A stretch of DNA of 64,000 nucleotides from an uncultured bacterium (GTDB lineage: Bacteria; Babelota; Babeliae; Babelales; Vermiphilaceae). This document shows positions 30,253-40,490 of this stretch, in pieces (positions within the stretch are counted from its first letter, which is position 1; each line of letters opens with the position of its first letter). Both the position numbers and the translations under genes were made by a program. Where the stretch lies: positions 32,001 through 96,000 of the forward strand of contig OY969699.1 in the NCBI GenBank assembly GCA_963702025.1. The letters are read 5' to 3'. The notes under the pieces were generated by a model that saw only the letters and a list, made by a program, of their open reading frames with translations, made no database searches and was not told where the DNA came from.

Positions 30253-31421
30253 CTCTCTGCATTGTTTGACTGATTCAAAAGAATCGTTGCCAAATCATGA
30301 GCTATTTTTTCAGTTTGAACGTATCCAAAATTACTTAGCACTGCCACGCAGATGCTCCCGTCAACGGAATGTATTAACGTTGAACGGAATCCGCTCATAC
30401 CACCAATGCAGCACACAACTTTTTGACCGCAGATTATTTCAGCGGTACATCCATAGCAATAATTATCTTTATAAGATGTGAACATTGTGTCTATAGATTC
30501 TTTTTTTAAGAAATTTCCTGATGCTAATGCACGATGAAATTTGAATAAGTCTTCTACGGTTGAATAGAGCCCACCAGCACCCGTAAGCAGTGACATATCT
30601 CTATAAGGAGCATTTTTTAGCGTATTTTTATCGTCTTGTATATATCCTGAAGCACGATTCTTTAAAATGATACTTTGATCATCATATCCTGTGTCTTGCA
30701 TTGCCAGAGGGTTAAAAATATTTTTCTGTAAATATTCTGAGTAACTCATACCAGTTACTTTTTCAATAATATAGGTCAAAACTGTATAACCAGAATTACT
30801 GTAAGAAAATTTTTCACCCGGAGTGAAATCGAGTTGCTTATTCTGTATAATCGTAATTATTTTTTCTGGGGTGGTTGGCCTTATTTTAAGTTCTTCATAT
30901 TCAGGCAATGCAGTGTAATTTACTATGCCAGAGGTATGGGTTAGCAGATGATGGATTGTAATCTCTTGTGCCCGCGGGAAATTAGGAATAAATTTTGACA
31001 GCGGATCAGTAAGCGAAAGCAAGCCTTTTTCAACAAGCTGCATAATCGCAGTAGCCGTAAATAATTTTGTCAGGGAAGCAATTCTAAATTTAGTTGTTGG
31101 CGTATTATATATTTCTAATTCATAATTGCTAAAACCAAAGCCTTTGCCAAATCTAATATCATCTTCGCCCTTGGCAACCAAAACGGCCCCACTCAATTGG
31201 CCCGATTCTTTTAATGATTCAAGGTAATCACAGATTTGTCTTATGGTAGCAACTTGATTATTGCCCTTTTGCTTATCATCAGTTTCATCTTGTTTTATCT
31301 CGGTAGTTTTATCTTTCATGAGCAATTTTACAACATTTTCTGCATTGGCAATCAAAGGAGATAATGCCAATGCCAAGCCCATAAATATTTTTTTGCCATT
31401 TATGTTTGAAAAAAATTTCAT
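30249..31421 (-). CDS. Serine hydrolase, beta-lactamase class C-like
   Basis: SLTK, LLTHTSG and YSN motifs. Confidence 0.88.
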   Translation of the reverse strand: MKFFSNINGKKIFMGLALALSPLIANAENVVKLLMKDKTTEIKQDETDDKQKGNNQVATIRQICDYLESLKESGQLSGAVLVAKGEDDIRFGKGFGFSNYELEIYNTPTTKFRIASLTKLFTATAIMQLVEKGLLSLTDPLSKFIPNFPRAQEITIHHLLTHTSGIVNYTALPEYEELKIRPTTPEKIITIIQNKQLDFTPGEKFSYSNSGYTVLTYIIEKVTGMSYSEYLQKNIFNPLAMQDTGYDDQSIILKNRASGYIQDDKNTLKNAPYRDMSLLTGAGGLYSTVEDLFKFHRALASGNFLKKESIDTMFTSYKDNYCYGCTAEIICGQKVVCCIGGMSGFRSTLIHSVDGSICVAVLSNFGYVQTEKIAHDLATILLNQSNNAER

Positions 31422-32788
31422 CTATTACACCTCAAATGTTGTTTTAGAAATCCAAGCGCCTCATTCCACGCTACTATACTTGCATGAGCATTATCTTGCG
31501 GTATACCCCCCATGGTGCACCATAATTTTACGACAGGATGAAAATACGGGTGAGTAGTACATGCAGGCGCATAAGGCAATTCAAAATAATGCCCTGCACC
31601 TTGAAAGTGAATATGTTTTCTTTCAATCAATGATCGCTTTTGATCCAAGCGTTGAATAATACGATTGGCGTATAAAGTAGAAGGCCATAGTTTATCATCT
31701 TCTCCCGTTAAAAGAAGGAGCGGAGAACGAATATTCTCGACAGGTATTGCAGACTTATCAATGAACTCAGAAAACTTATTCAATCCATATAAATAAAGCT
31801 GTGTAGGTTCCTGGGGATCTTCTACCGTTCCCATATGAAAAGGAACCTTGCCCTCTTTTACTGCGCTTAATAATTCTTCAGTTGTTGGCATTGGCATAAA
31901 TGAAAGAGGCTGATTCTTAAATGTCCATGCAGGTTTATTAAAATTCGGAATTCCACCATACACTAAATTACTGGGAACATACGCAACTATGGCGTTTATT
32001 TCTGTAGGGAATGTTGATCCTAAGAGCATCACCAGTTCACCGCCATAAGACACTCCCCATAATGCAACACAATTTGGATCTACTTGTGGTTGTTTTTTTA
32101 ACCAATGGATTGCATTTTGAAAGTATTCTAATGGAATCTCTTCTAACTTATCTGGCAATCCTGGCATCCCAAAATATCCTAAGGCCAATACTGCATAGCC
32201 ATGTGAAGCCAATAGCTGTGAAATGGTTTTAGAAATCCCGCCACTTGATCCTGTTAGAGTAATAATAGCTGGCCCTGATTTCATATTGTGAGGATAAAAA
32301 AATGTTCCAACTACTCCATCCCGGCTAATGTCTTTTTGTTCAATATCAGATGATATTGATGTGCGAGTAATCTTTTTTTGAGCAAGAAGTTTGTCTTGAG
32401 AAAAAACAGATATTGCTATTTCATCTGGTCTGACAGAAGGCACTGAAGCATTCTCAGCAGGTAACATTGACCAAAATAATCCCATACCATCAACGCCATG
32501 GTATGATCCAGAAATAGGAGCTTGGCAAGCAACATCTATTTTACCTTGGTTATCGGCTTTGAAAACAGCACTTGATTCCCAAACAGAGTTATCTTTAAAC
32601 TGCTGCGAAGTCTTAATCGCAACCTGTTCATGAGGTTTTAGATTTGAAACAGATATTTTAATTGGCATATCTAATAATGCATTTTCAGGCGTTATTTCAA
32701 GCCTTGGCTTACCGTGTAATGAGAAAAATAATGCGCCCGTAAAAACTACGAGGGTGATCATAGAAAATATTATAAAAAACTTCTTCAA
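31418..32788 (-). CDS. Acyl-CoA thioesterase/BAAT family hydrolase
   Basis: GLFWSM, GVSYGGE, D.LWP and GAGH motifs. Confidence 0.88.
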   Translation of the reverse strand: MKKFFIIFSMITLVVFTGALFFSLHGKPRLEITPENALLDMPIKISVSNLKPHEQVAIKTSQQFKDNSVWESSAVFKADNQGKIDVACQAPISGSYHGVDGMGLFWSMLPAENASVPSVRPDEIAISVFSQDKLLAQKKITRTSISSDIEQKDISRDGVVGTFFYPHNMKSGPAIITLTGSSGGISKTISQLLASHGYAVLALGYFGMPGLPDKLEEIPLEYFQNAIHWLKKQPQVDPNCVALWGVSYGGELVMLLGSTFPTEINAIVAYVPSNLVYGGIPNFNKPAWTFKNQPLSFMPMPTTEELLSAVKEGKVPFHMGTVEDPQEPTQLYLYGLNKFSEFIDKSAIPVENIRSPLLLLTGEDDKLWPSTLYANRIIQRLDQKRSLIERKHIHFQGAGHYFELPYAPACTTHPYFHPVVKLWCTMGGIPQDNAHASIVAWNEALGFLKQHLRCNR

Positions 32789-32818
32789 ATTTTATCCTCT
32801 AAAAAATTAAAAAAAATA

Positions 32819-33832
32819 TTACGATGCTTTTCTAACTTCATTCACCATACTCTGTATCGCATCAACAATAATTTTTGGTTGATGTTGTGGAATCATATGC
32901 CCACTATCTTCAGCAATAATATGATGTGATTTAGTAGATTTAGAAGCCAAATCTTTTTGCAATTCACGCCAAGCAGATGTCATTTTATCAGTATCTTCTT
33001 GTGATAATCCAACTTCTTGGGGAGTTGGTGCTTTGCCAGCCGAAATAACTATTAACGGCTTATTCCTAATTTTATTTTCTGCTTGTTTTAATTGATTAAG
33101 GCTTTCTTCCAGATTTTCCGATTCTTCAAGCATAGTCTTTAAATGTTTTGTTTGTTGTTTTTGAGACAAATATAAAGATCGAATATTTTCTGGGAATATT
33201 TCAACCTGTTTTTTAGCTTGCGGCAATGAGTGCAATAAGCGAACAACACCAAGTCGAGAAAGCGTTAATAGAAGTGCTTTTTGTTTTAACAATGCTGCTT
33301 GCTTATTGTTTGCATCTTGCGGCAATCGCTGCAATTGATCCTCATGAGCCGAATCAACCAGCACAATGCCCGCCACTTCATCGGGATATTTACTTGCATA
33401 GAGTTGTGAATTAAGGCCTCCGAATGAATGGCCAACTAAAATATAAGGACCAGAAATGTTGCTTTTTTTCAGAAGTGTTCGCATCTCTTCTACGATAACC
33501 TCGCTGGTTCTTGGTTTAGAACTTGTTTCGCTCCACGCAGAGCCCGCTCTATCTATGCTGCAAACTCTCGAGAACTTTGCAATTTCTGGTTGCACCAAAG
33601 CCCAATCGAGTGAATTGCATCCGATTCCAGCATCGAGAATTACCGTAGGTCCACCGGTTCCCGTATCATTGATATGAAGTTTGTATCCCCCAACATCAAT
33701 CATTTTCCCAACCGGAGGGTATTGATAATTTTCATATTGAGTGCGAACATATTGGTATAAGGCTCCGGTTGCGGGTATAGCGCCCAGCAAAGCACAAGCA
33801 ATTTTAAGTGTTAATAACATCAGTTGCCCCAA
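32819..33832 (-). CDS. Alpha/beta hydrolase
   Basis: GHSFGG and SGH.I motifs. Confidence 0.9.
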   Translation of the reverse strand: MGQLMLLTLKIACALLGAIPATGALYQYVRTQYENYQYPPVGKMIDVGGYKLHINDTGTGGPTVILDAGIGCNSLDWALVQPEIAKFSRVCSIDRAGSAWSETSSKPRTSEVIVEEMRTLLKKSNISGPYILVGHSFGGLNSQLYASKYPDEVAGIVLVDSAHEDQLQRLPQDANNKQAALLKQKALLLTLSRLGVVRLLHSLPQAKKQVEIFPENIRSLYLSQKQQTKHLKTMLEESENLEESLNQLKQAENKIRNKPLIVISAGKAPTPQEVGLSQEDTDKMTSAWRELQKDLASKSTKSHHIIAEDSGHMIPQHQPKIIVDAIQSMVNEVRKAS

Positions 33833-33834
33833 AA

Positions 33835-34383
33835 TTATGGCAATTCATCTTTTTTAACTTTTTCAATGAGCGCTTCAATGAAATCCAACTCGGTTTGGTA
33901 ATGGGCAATGATCAGTTTATGATTTTCATCGATATGCTTAGGCAATTCTATATTTTTCATAGCAAGCGGTAATACTTGATCAGCCGATTTTATAACGAAA
34001 CGCCAGGAATCTGCCCTATGCTGTAAAGCATTGAGCAAATCATCTTTTTTTAGATAATTCATGAATGTAAGCGCTACTTGAAAAGGATCAATCGATGGTT
34101 TTAATTCCAGCCATTGCTTGGTAAGCATAACAAGAAAAGCAGAACTGCCAGCTTTGGTAATTTTATAAATAGTTTTATCTGCTTGATCATCTTTGTTGCG
34201 ATTATCAACAACCTCCAAAAAACCTTCTTCAGCCATTTTTTTTAGGGCAAAATAGATTGATCCATAACTTATATTTGACCATTTATCGGCATTCCATGAT
34301 TCAAGGACCTGCCGCACCTCATAGCCATGCCGTGGTTTCTGGTCATTTAAAATACCTAAAAGTAGGATTCTGATTGCTGACAT
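33835..34383 (-). CDS. PadR family transcriptional regulator
   Basis: HGYEV, GSIY.AL.K and Y.IT..G motifs. Confidence 0.9.
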   Translation of the reverse strand: MSAIRILLLGILNDQKPRHGYEVRQVLESWNADKWSNISYGSIYFALKKMAEEGFLEVVDNRNKDDQADKTIYKITKAGSSAFLVMLTKQWLELKPSIDPFQVALTFMNYLKKDDLLNALQHRADSWRFVIKSADQVLPLAMKNIELPKHIDENHKLIIAHYQTELDFIEALIEKVKKDELP

Positions 34384-34486
34384 TTGGTTAAACCTGCTAT
34401 TAACTTATATTCTATTTAGTATATTATATAGACTATATCAAAAAAGCGTTATTTCAAGACTTTTTAATGAATGTTATAGTATAGAT

Positions 34487-35569
34487 ATGATTATCAAACT
34501 GCTTCTTGGGATTTTGGGCATATATATGGGAAATGGGATTTCTATGGAAAATCAGATAAAACAAATAGAGCGCTATCTCTTATCATCGGTAGAGCAGGGC
34601 CATTTTACCGGTACTGTACTGATAGCCCATCATGGGGAAATCATATTCAACTATGGATATGGGATGGCAACACCTCAGAAGCCCAATGATCAAGATACCG
34701 TTTTTCATATAGCCTCTATAACAAAACAGTTTACGGCTGCAGCTCTTCTTAAACTCTGGCAGGCAGGAAAAGTAGATTTACATATCTCAATTAATGAATA
34801 TCTGCCTAAAGAATATCAGTCAGAGTATTGGAAAAAAGTGACACTGCATCATCTGCTTTCTCATACTTCAGGAATACCTGATTACAATGAAAAATATTAT
34901 GATCCCAAAACGATTGGCTTTGTGTCCTGTGAAATCGAAGCAAAAATGATACAAGAAACGGGACAAAAACAGTTAGAGTTCGAGCCGGGATCAAAATGGG
35001 CATACTGCAATATGGGCTATACTTTGCTTGGCATTATTCTTAAACAGCAAACCGGCAAGCAATATACAGATCTTATTAACGAATATTTTATCAAGCCATT
35101 AAACATGACTTCTACTCGATTTCATGAAGATAATTATACTGTTCACGAAAAAGATGCACTTGGATTTCGATGGGATTTTCAGAACAAAAAATGGGTAGAT
35201 GACGATAGTGAAAAAATTGTGGGAACCATACCCGATGGGGGCATACTTTCAACAGCACACGATTTGTATAAATGGAGTGCTGTTATCGAAGGCAAAAGAC
35301 CCGATATCCTCAGCACAGAAATACTTAAACTTATGACAACACCAGTACCAAATATGAGCACGCCATATGGAGGATATGGATATGGATTGGGAATCGATGA
35401 GTCTTTTGGAACTCGAAAAATTCATCATTCAGGATGGATGATTGGATTTATGTCTGATTTGTGGATGTTTCCAGAAAAGGATCTTGTTATCATTGTTTTG
35501 TGTAATAACACAACAGTAAATAGTGAAAAAATTGCAGAAGAATTAGCAAAAATTATACTCAGCTCATAA
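34487..35569 (+). CDS. Serine hydrolase, beta-lactamase-like
   Basis: SITK, YCN and HSG motifs. Confidence 0.88.
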   Translation: MIIKLLLGILGIYMGNGISMENQIKQIERYLLSSVEQGHFTGTVLIAHHGEIIFNYGYGMATPQKPNDQDTVFHIASITKQFTAAALLKLWQAGKVDLHISINEYLPKEYQSEYWKKVTLHHLLSHTSGIPDYNEKYYDPKTIGFVSCEIEAKMIQETGQKQLEFEPGSKWAYCNMGYTLLGIILKQQTGKQYTDLINEYFIKPLNMTSTRFHEDNYTVHEKDALGFRWDFQNKKWVDDDSEKIVGTIPDGGILSTAHDLYKWSAVIEGKRPDILSTEILKLMTTPVPNMSTPYGGYGYGLGIDESFGTRKIHHSGWMIGFMSDLWMFPEKDLVIIVLCNNTTVNSEKIAEELAKIILSS

Positions 35570-35597
35570 AACTTATAAAAAAATAAAATTTATAATA

Positions 35598-36503
35598 GTG
35601 ATCATGAAAAAAATAGGCCTAATAACCAGTATATTTTTTGCTTACGGACTGCATGCAAACATTTTGCTTGAAAAGCCGAGAGAATTATCTGCAGAACAAA
35701 TAGAAGAGTTGGCTAGCCAATGGCATACCACTTTTACTTGGAATTGGTCATATAAAGGGTTGGCAAAGTTGGCATGTTCATTTGTTTACGAAAATAGTAA
35801 AGCTGGGTTCGCACTAAAATACTTTGGAATCCCATTATATAGTAAAAACTATAGGTTTATTCCCACCATGCAAGAATTGCAGCACTATTTTCAGCCATCA
35901 AATTATTATTTTGACAAGGCACTTGTATACTACAACAGTAATCCTCAGCAGATAAACAAAGAAGCATTATTTACTTTAATTACCAATAAACGATGTATTT
36001 TTTATACCGGGGCCGGTATATCTGCAATGAATGGTATTGCAACAATGGGTTCACTTGAAGAATCGCTTGCTATGGATAAAGGAATAGCACAGTTCTTAAA
36101 AGATGCATGGTCTCATCCTGATAGATTATGTAATGCATTTGCTGATTTCTGCCACAAGGCTATATATAGTAGCCCGACACTGGCCCATTATACTCTGAAA
36201 CGAATAGCACAAGAAAAAGAAGTAGCTATCATTACTGAAAACGTTGATCTTTTACAACATCGTACTGGTATTGAACCGATCTTTTCCGCCTCAGACAAAA
36301 TAGCATTGTTATCACCAAAAGATTGGCAAAAAGTTGATGCAATTATCTGTATTGGTCTAAGTCACGATGATAGAGGTCTTTTAGCAAAATATAGGGATTC
36401 CAATCCTAATGGAATTTTGATCGCTATTGATTTGAAAATACCTACCTATCTTGCTGATTGTGATTATATATGTCTTGGCAATCTACAAGAAATTTTATCT
36501 TGA
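35598..36503 (+). CDS. Sirtuin (Sir2)-like domain protein with signal peptide
   Basis: YTGAGISA, TENVDLL and IGLS motifs. Confidence 0.7.
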   Translation: MIMKKIGLITSIFFAYGLHANILLEKPRELSAEQIEELASQWHTTFTWNWSYKGLAKLACSFVYENSKAGFALKYFGIPLYSKNYRFIPTMQELQHYFQPSNYYFDKALVYYNSNPQQINKEALFTLITNKRCIFYTGAGISAMNGIATMGSLEESLAMDKGIAQFLKDAWSHPDRLCNAFADFCHKAIYSSPTLAHYTLKRIAQEKEVAIITENVDLLQHRTGIEPIFSASDKIALLSPKDWQKVDAIICIGLSHDDRGLLAKYRDSNPNGILIAIDLKIPTYLADCDYICLGNLQEILS

Positions 36504-36533
36504 GTCTTGTTATTTTATTATAAATTTTAAAAA

Positions 36534-36776
36534 TTGATTTTTATGAATATGTATAAAAAATATAGCCCACCTTCTTGGTTTAAATGGATAATGTTTCTTA
36601 CGGTTAATCTTGGCTATTTATTGGGATTCGTACTAATACGAATGTTTTTTGATTATTCTGCTTCATATATTTCATTTGCCGCAGCAATCATTGGTTATTG
36701 GATATCATTTTTCTTGTATCCCTTATTTAGCAAGTGGAACAATAACCGTTTTAACAAAGGAAATCTTATCAAATGA
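36534..36776 (+). CDS. Small membrane protein
   Basis: Two hydrophobic helices; overlaps the next start. Confidence 0.5.
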   Translation: MIFMNMYKKYSPPSWFKWIMFLTVNLGYLLGFVLIRMFFDYSASYISFAAAIIGYWISFFLYPLFSKWNNNRFNKGNLIK

Positions 36777-37513
36777 ACAGGGGATATTTTTTAGCACTTT
36801 GGATTGCTTGTATTATAAGCACCTTTGCCGTGATGCCATTCATTCAAACAGTTGCGCTATTTGCCGGTGCTCAACCAATTGCATTTACTCCGTTAGTTTT
36901 GGCCGTCATGATGGCAGAAAACATCATACTTTATAGCATCGCATTATTTTTTGGTTTAAGATTTGCAGAAAAAATAGGGATTCGCTTTTTATTTCTCGAT
37001 AAAAACACCAATTATCTTAATGATCTTATTAAACCAGGACTTTTCGCAGGAATTGGATGCGCATTAGCAATGCTCGTGGTTGATAAGTTACTGCCAGTAT
37101 CATCTCACGGCATTAATGCCTTAGCAAAATTCACCCCTCCTCTTTACGGTTTATTAGCAGCTCTTTTTGGCGTAATAAATCAAGAAGTGCTCTTATGCCT
37201 TTTAGGAATTTCAGGAATTGCCTTACTTCTAAAGAAATTACTCAAGAACTTAAGTATATCTCGAATTATGGCCATAAGCATTTTCATTGCCTCACTACTT
37301 TTTGGCCTAGCCCATATTCCCACTTTTATTCATGCAATTTCATTTTTAGGATCATCAGTAATTATCCGAATAATAATCCTCAATCTTATCAGTGGAACAA
37401 CATTTGGTTTGCTATTTTGGAAAAAAGGATTTGAAACAGCAGTATTTGCTCATTTTATCGTAGATTTTATTATATATTTCTTAGTGCCTTCATATAATTT
37501 GTTAATAAAATGA
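36773..37513 (+). CDS. CPBP/Abi (CAAX protease-like) membrane protein
   Basis: QEVL, FGLAH and AH..VD motifs. Confidence 0.75.
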   Translation: MNRGYFLALWIACIISTFAVMPFIQTVALFAGAQPIAFTPLVLAVMMAENIILYSIALFFGLRFAEKIGIRFLFLDKNTNYLNDLIKPGLFAGIGCALAMLVVDKLLPVSSHGINALAKFTPPLYGLLAALFGVINQEVLLCLLGISGIALLLKKLLKNLSISRIMAISIFIASLLFGLAHIPTFIHAISFLGSSVIIRIIILNLISGTTFGLLFWKKGFETAVFAHFIVDFIIYFLVPSYNLLIK

Positions 37514-38034
37514 AACATATAAAAAGAATCGCCATCATTGGCAATGCCGGTTCAGGCAAATCAACTTTGTCACAAAAGTTGCATACCATTTTCAAGTTTC
37601 CTATTTACTATCTGGACCAATATTTCTGGAAGCCTGGCTGGGTGAGAACTGAGCCGGATGAATATAAAAGAATGCATGATGCCATATGCGATAAAGAAGA
37701 ATGGATTATTGATGGCATAAATCTGAGAGTAATGGAATATCGCATAAAAAGAGCCGATATGGTTATCTTTTTAGATTTGCCGAGTTATCTATGCCTTTGG
37801 CGTATTTTTAAGCGTACTTTAAAAAATTATGACAAAGAAACGCCCAGTAGTGCAAAGGGTTGCCCCGAAAGATTTAACTGGGCATTTTTGAAATTCTTGA
37901 AATGGGTGTGGGATTTTAAAAAGAAGTACCCAGCTGCAATTAGAGAAATTTTAAAACGGTATCCAGAAAAGAGATTTTATATTTTTAGGTCACAAAATGA
38001 TGTTGACGCGTTCCTTCAGCAGTTAAAAAACTAA
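37510..38034 (+). CDS. FlaR-like / adenylate kinase-related P-loop protein
   Basis: GNAGSGKST, FWKPGW and WIIDG motifs. Confidence 0.85.
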   Translation: MKHIKRIAIIGNAGSGKSTLSQKLHTIFKFPIYYLDQYFWKPGWVRTEPDEYKRMHDAICDKEEWIIDGINLRVMEYRIKRADMVIFLDLPSYLCLWRIFKRTLKNYDKETPSSAKGCPERFNWAFLKFLKWVWDFKKKYPAAIREILKRYPEKRFYIFRSQNDVDAFLQQLKN

Positions 38035-38110
38035 TCTTGCTGCATTTTCTGTGCTATTCTTAAATATGTCAAAAAAAATTAATTCTTAATCAGCAAATTA
38101 GAGTAACAAC

Positions 38111-39580
38111 ATGGAAAAAGCAGTCATCTATGCCCGAGTATCATCCAAAGACCAAGAAGCAGAAGGTTTCTCGATCCCCGCTCAAATAAAAGCACTTCAA
38201 GAATATGCGGCAAAGAATCATCTTATTGTCATCCAAGAGTTTACCGATGTGGAGACTGCAAAAAAGGCAGGCCGCACACAATTTAATAAGATGCTAACAT
38301 TCATTAATGAAAATAAGCATATCAAACACATTTTAGTTGAAAAAACTGATCGCTTACTCAGAAATATACCCGATTATGCCCTTATTGATCGCTTAATACT
38401 CTATTCTGATATTAAAATTCACTTGATTAAAGAAGGCAATATCCTCAGTAAAGATTCCAAATCAAACGATAAGTTTATATTTGGCATAAAAGCACTGATG
38501 GCTAAAAACTTTGTGGATAATCTTTCTGAAGAGGTTAGAAAAGGGATGGCAGAAAAAACTGCCCAGGGTATTTATCCATCAACTGCGCCCTACGGATATG
38601 TAAATGTCCGTGAAAATGGTAAAAGCATAATCAAAGTTGATCCTCTGGCGGCTGCCTATGTGAAACAAATGTTTGAACACTATGCAACCGGCGGTTATTC
38701 ACTAAAAACCTTAAGAAAAAAAATGCTTGATGATGGGATGGTTTATCGCAATGGCAAAAATTTTTATAAAAGCAAGGTAGAAGGTATTCTGAAAAATGAA
38801 TTCTACACCGGCATTTTTATCTATCGCGGCAAGCGATATGATAATGCAACCCATGAGCCAATCATCAGCAAAGAATTATTTCAACGTGTACAGGATGTGA
38901 TGACCAATCCCTATAAAAGTAAATCTAGAAAAGGGCTTTTTCCTTATACCAATCTCATTGCCTGCGGCATGTGTGGTTGCGCATTAACTGCCGAAATTAA
39001 AAAAGAAAAGTACATTTACTATCATTGTTCTGGCTACAAGGGCAACTGCAAACAAGGCACTATACGTCAAGAAGCTATCGAAGCCCGATTTGAATCGATG
39101 CTTGAAGACATGTATATCCCCGATGATATTCAAGAAAGTATTCTGCAGGGGCTACGTAGCAGTTTTAAGGATAAGATTGAGTATCGCGCCAGTCTTGTGG
39201 ATCAACTGCAAAAACAGATCAAGCTTTTACAAAGTAGGATAGATAAGACTTACATCGATAAGATTGACGGAAAAATTTCTGAAGAATACTGGGCCACTCA
39301 CACCCAAGATTGGGCGAATGAAAAAGATATCTTAATGATAAAGCTTGTGGCAGTAGAAAAAGCAGATTCTCATTATTTGGAAAACGCGAATATTATTTTA
39401 GAACTCGCCAAAAAGGCCTCCCAGCTGTTTAAACAGCAAAATGCGGAGCAAAAACGTAGATTGATCAATTTGTTAGTACAGAACTGCTCTTATAAAGATA
39501 AGAACCTTGATGTAGAGCTGAAACCAGTGTTTGGCGAGATCATGAAATCATCAAAAACTAGAAATTGGTGTGCCCGATAG
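38111..39580 (+). CDS. Large serine recombinase (integrase of element A)
   Basis: YARVSS, DRLLRN, CGMC zinc ribbon; the final codons WCAR* are antisense tRNA sequence. Confidence 0.93.
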   Translation: MEKAVIYARVSSKDQEAEGFSIPAQIKALQEYAAKNHLIVIQEFTDVETAKKAGRTQFNKMLTFINENKHIKHILVEKTDRLLRNIPDYALIDRLILYSDIKIHLIKEGNILSKDSKSNDKFIFGIKALMAKNFVDNLSEEVRKGMAEKTAQGIYPSTAPYGYVNVRENGKSIIKVDPLAAAYVKQMFEHYATGGYSLKTLRKKMLDDGMVYRNGKNFYKSKVEGILKNEFYTGIFIYRGKRYDNATHEPIISKELFQRVQDVMTNPYKSKSRKGLFPYTNLIACGMCGCALTAEIKKEKYIYYHCSGYKGNCKQGTIRQEAIEARFESMLEDMYIPDDIQESILQGLRSSFKDKIEYRASLVDQLQKQIKLLQSRIDKTYIDKIDGKISEEYWATHTQDWANEKDILMIKLVAVEKADSHYLENANIILELAKKASQLFKQQNAEQKRRLINLLVQNCSYKDKNLDVELKPVFGEIMKSSKTRNWCAR

Positions 39581-39642
39581 GATTCGAACCTATGACCTAC
39601 GGATTAGAAATCCGTTGCTCTATCCAGCTGAGCTACGGGCAC
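39566..39642 (-). tRNA. tRNA-Arg(TCT)
   Basis: GTGCCCGTAGCTCAGCTGGATAGAGC-ACGGA TTTCTAA TCCGT-GGTTCGAATCC-CGGGCACACCA; CCA is encoded. Confidence 0.97.
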
Positions 39643-39694
39643 AAATAAACAATTTCAAAGTACCTCGACATTATTGCCCGTGGCTCTGAGCGGA

Positions 39695-39727
39695 GTTTAT
39701 CCTGAGCGAGCATGGCGAGTCGAAGGG
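39695..39727. repeat. REP-like repeat
   Basis: TCCTGAGCG...GTCGAAGGG. Confidence 0.5.
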
Positions 39728-39943
39728 GGCACAAAAAGATAAACTTAAGTATACGCTACTCAGAAAATATCTCAACTTACTGCATAGAAAATCGAAGACA
39801 AAAATTACCTCCGGATATGCGTACGCCCTTATTCCAAATGGCAAATACATACTGCAGATTTAGGATTTTTCGACATTTTTTAATAAAATATTATAATTAA
39901 TACTGGTTATACTTCAAAAAAAATCCCGCCTGGAGGAATTTCT

Positions 39944-40363
39944 ATGAACAGTTCAAAAACAGTTCTTTTAAGTTTAATGTTATTACCATTATTTAGTTTG
40001 GATGCCGCAGTGAGTGTGAAATATCCAAAAGATCTTTTGGATCACACGGTATCTAATGGTAAAACCATCTATGTAAGGCAAGGCGATGAGTTTAAGTTTG
40101 AAATTGAAGTTGGGCCGCACGATTCCTTCTTTCAAATTTTTCCGCATTATGGTTCAGCATATGCTTCAAAATTTGGGCCGAAGTATAATAAACAAATGCT
40201 TGATCTGGTAAAAAGTGAATGGAAAGTGAGAACAGATAAACCGAGCAATGGCCATTTAACGGTAACTTTTGGCGCACTGGAAAATCTTGGCAGCACAAAA
40301 TTATCTCTTTTGCCCGATGATTCTGTCTGGGTTAACGTTGTGATATACAGTCGTTGGCCATAA
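39944..40363 (+). CDS. Secreted protein, possible Ig-like/I42 inhibitor fold
   Basis: Signal peptide; NGKTIYVRQGDEF and F.A...G.T.L patterns. Confidence 0.5.
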   Translation: MNSSKTVLLSLMLLPLFSLDAAVSVKYPKDLLDHTVSNGKTIYVRQGDEFKFEIEVGPHDSFFQIFPHYGSAYASKFGPKYNKQMLDLVKSEWKVRTDKPSNGHLTVTFGALENLGSTKLSLLPDDSVWVNVVIYSRWP

Positions 40364-40490
40364 TAGCTTTGCATTTGCATATCATTTTATCATTCAATTT
40401 AGATAGTAGGCCGCGTTCTAAGAGATTGGCTTGTATCCATTGTCTACGGTAAAAAAATGCTTGGGCAAGAAGGCGGCTATCATTTCTGGC

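Larger units (their letters stand above)
15264..39571. mobile_element. Integrative element A (satellite/PICI-like core plus cargo) at tRNA-Arg
   Basis: TGGTGT junctions at 15264 and 39566; XRE/ImmA, primase, iterons, TerS-like gene, intact recombinase. Confidence 0.7.

Noticed and set aside
34404..34440. Imperfect AT palindrome as a PadR operator
   Set aside because: Too AT-rich to distinguish from chance
20943..38034. Integron cassette array
   Set aside because: No attC-like repeats or IntI seen; genes are tightly packed in operons
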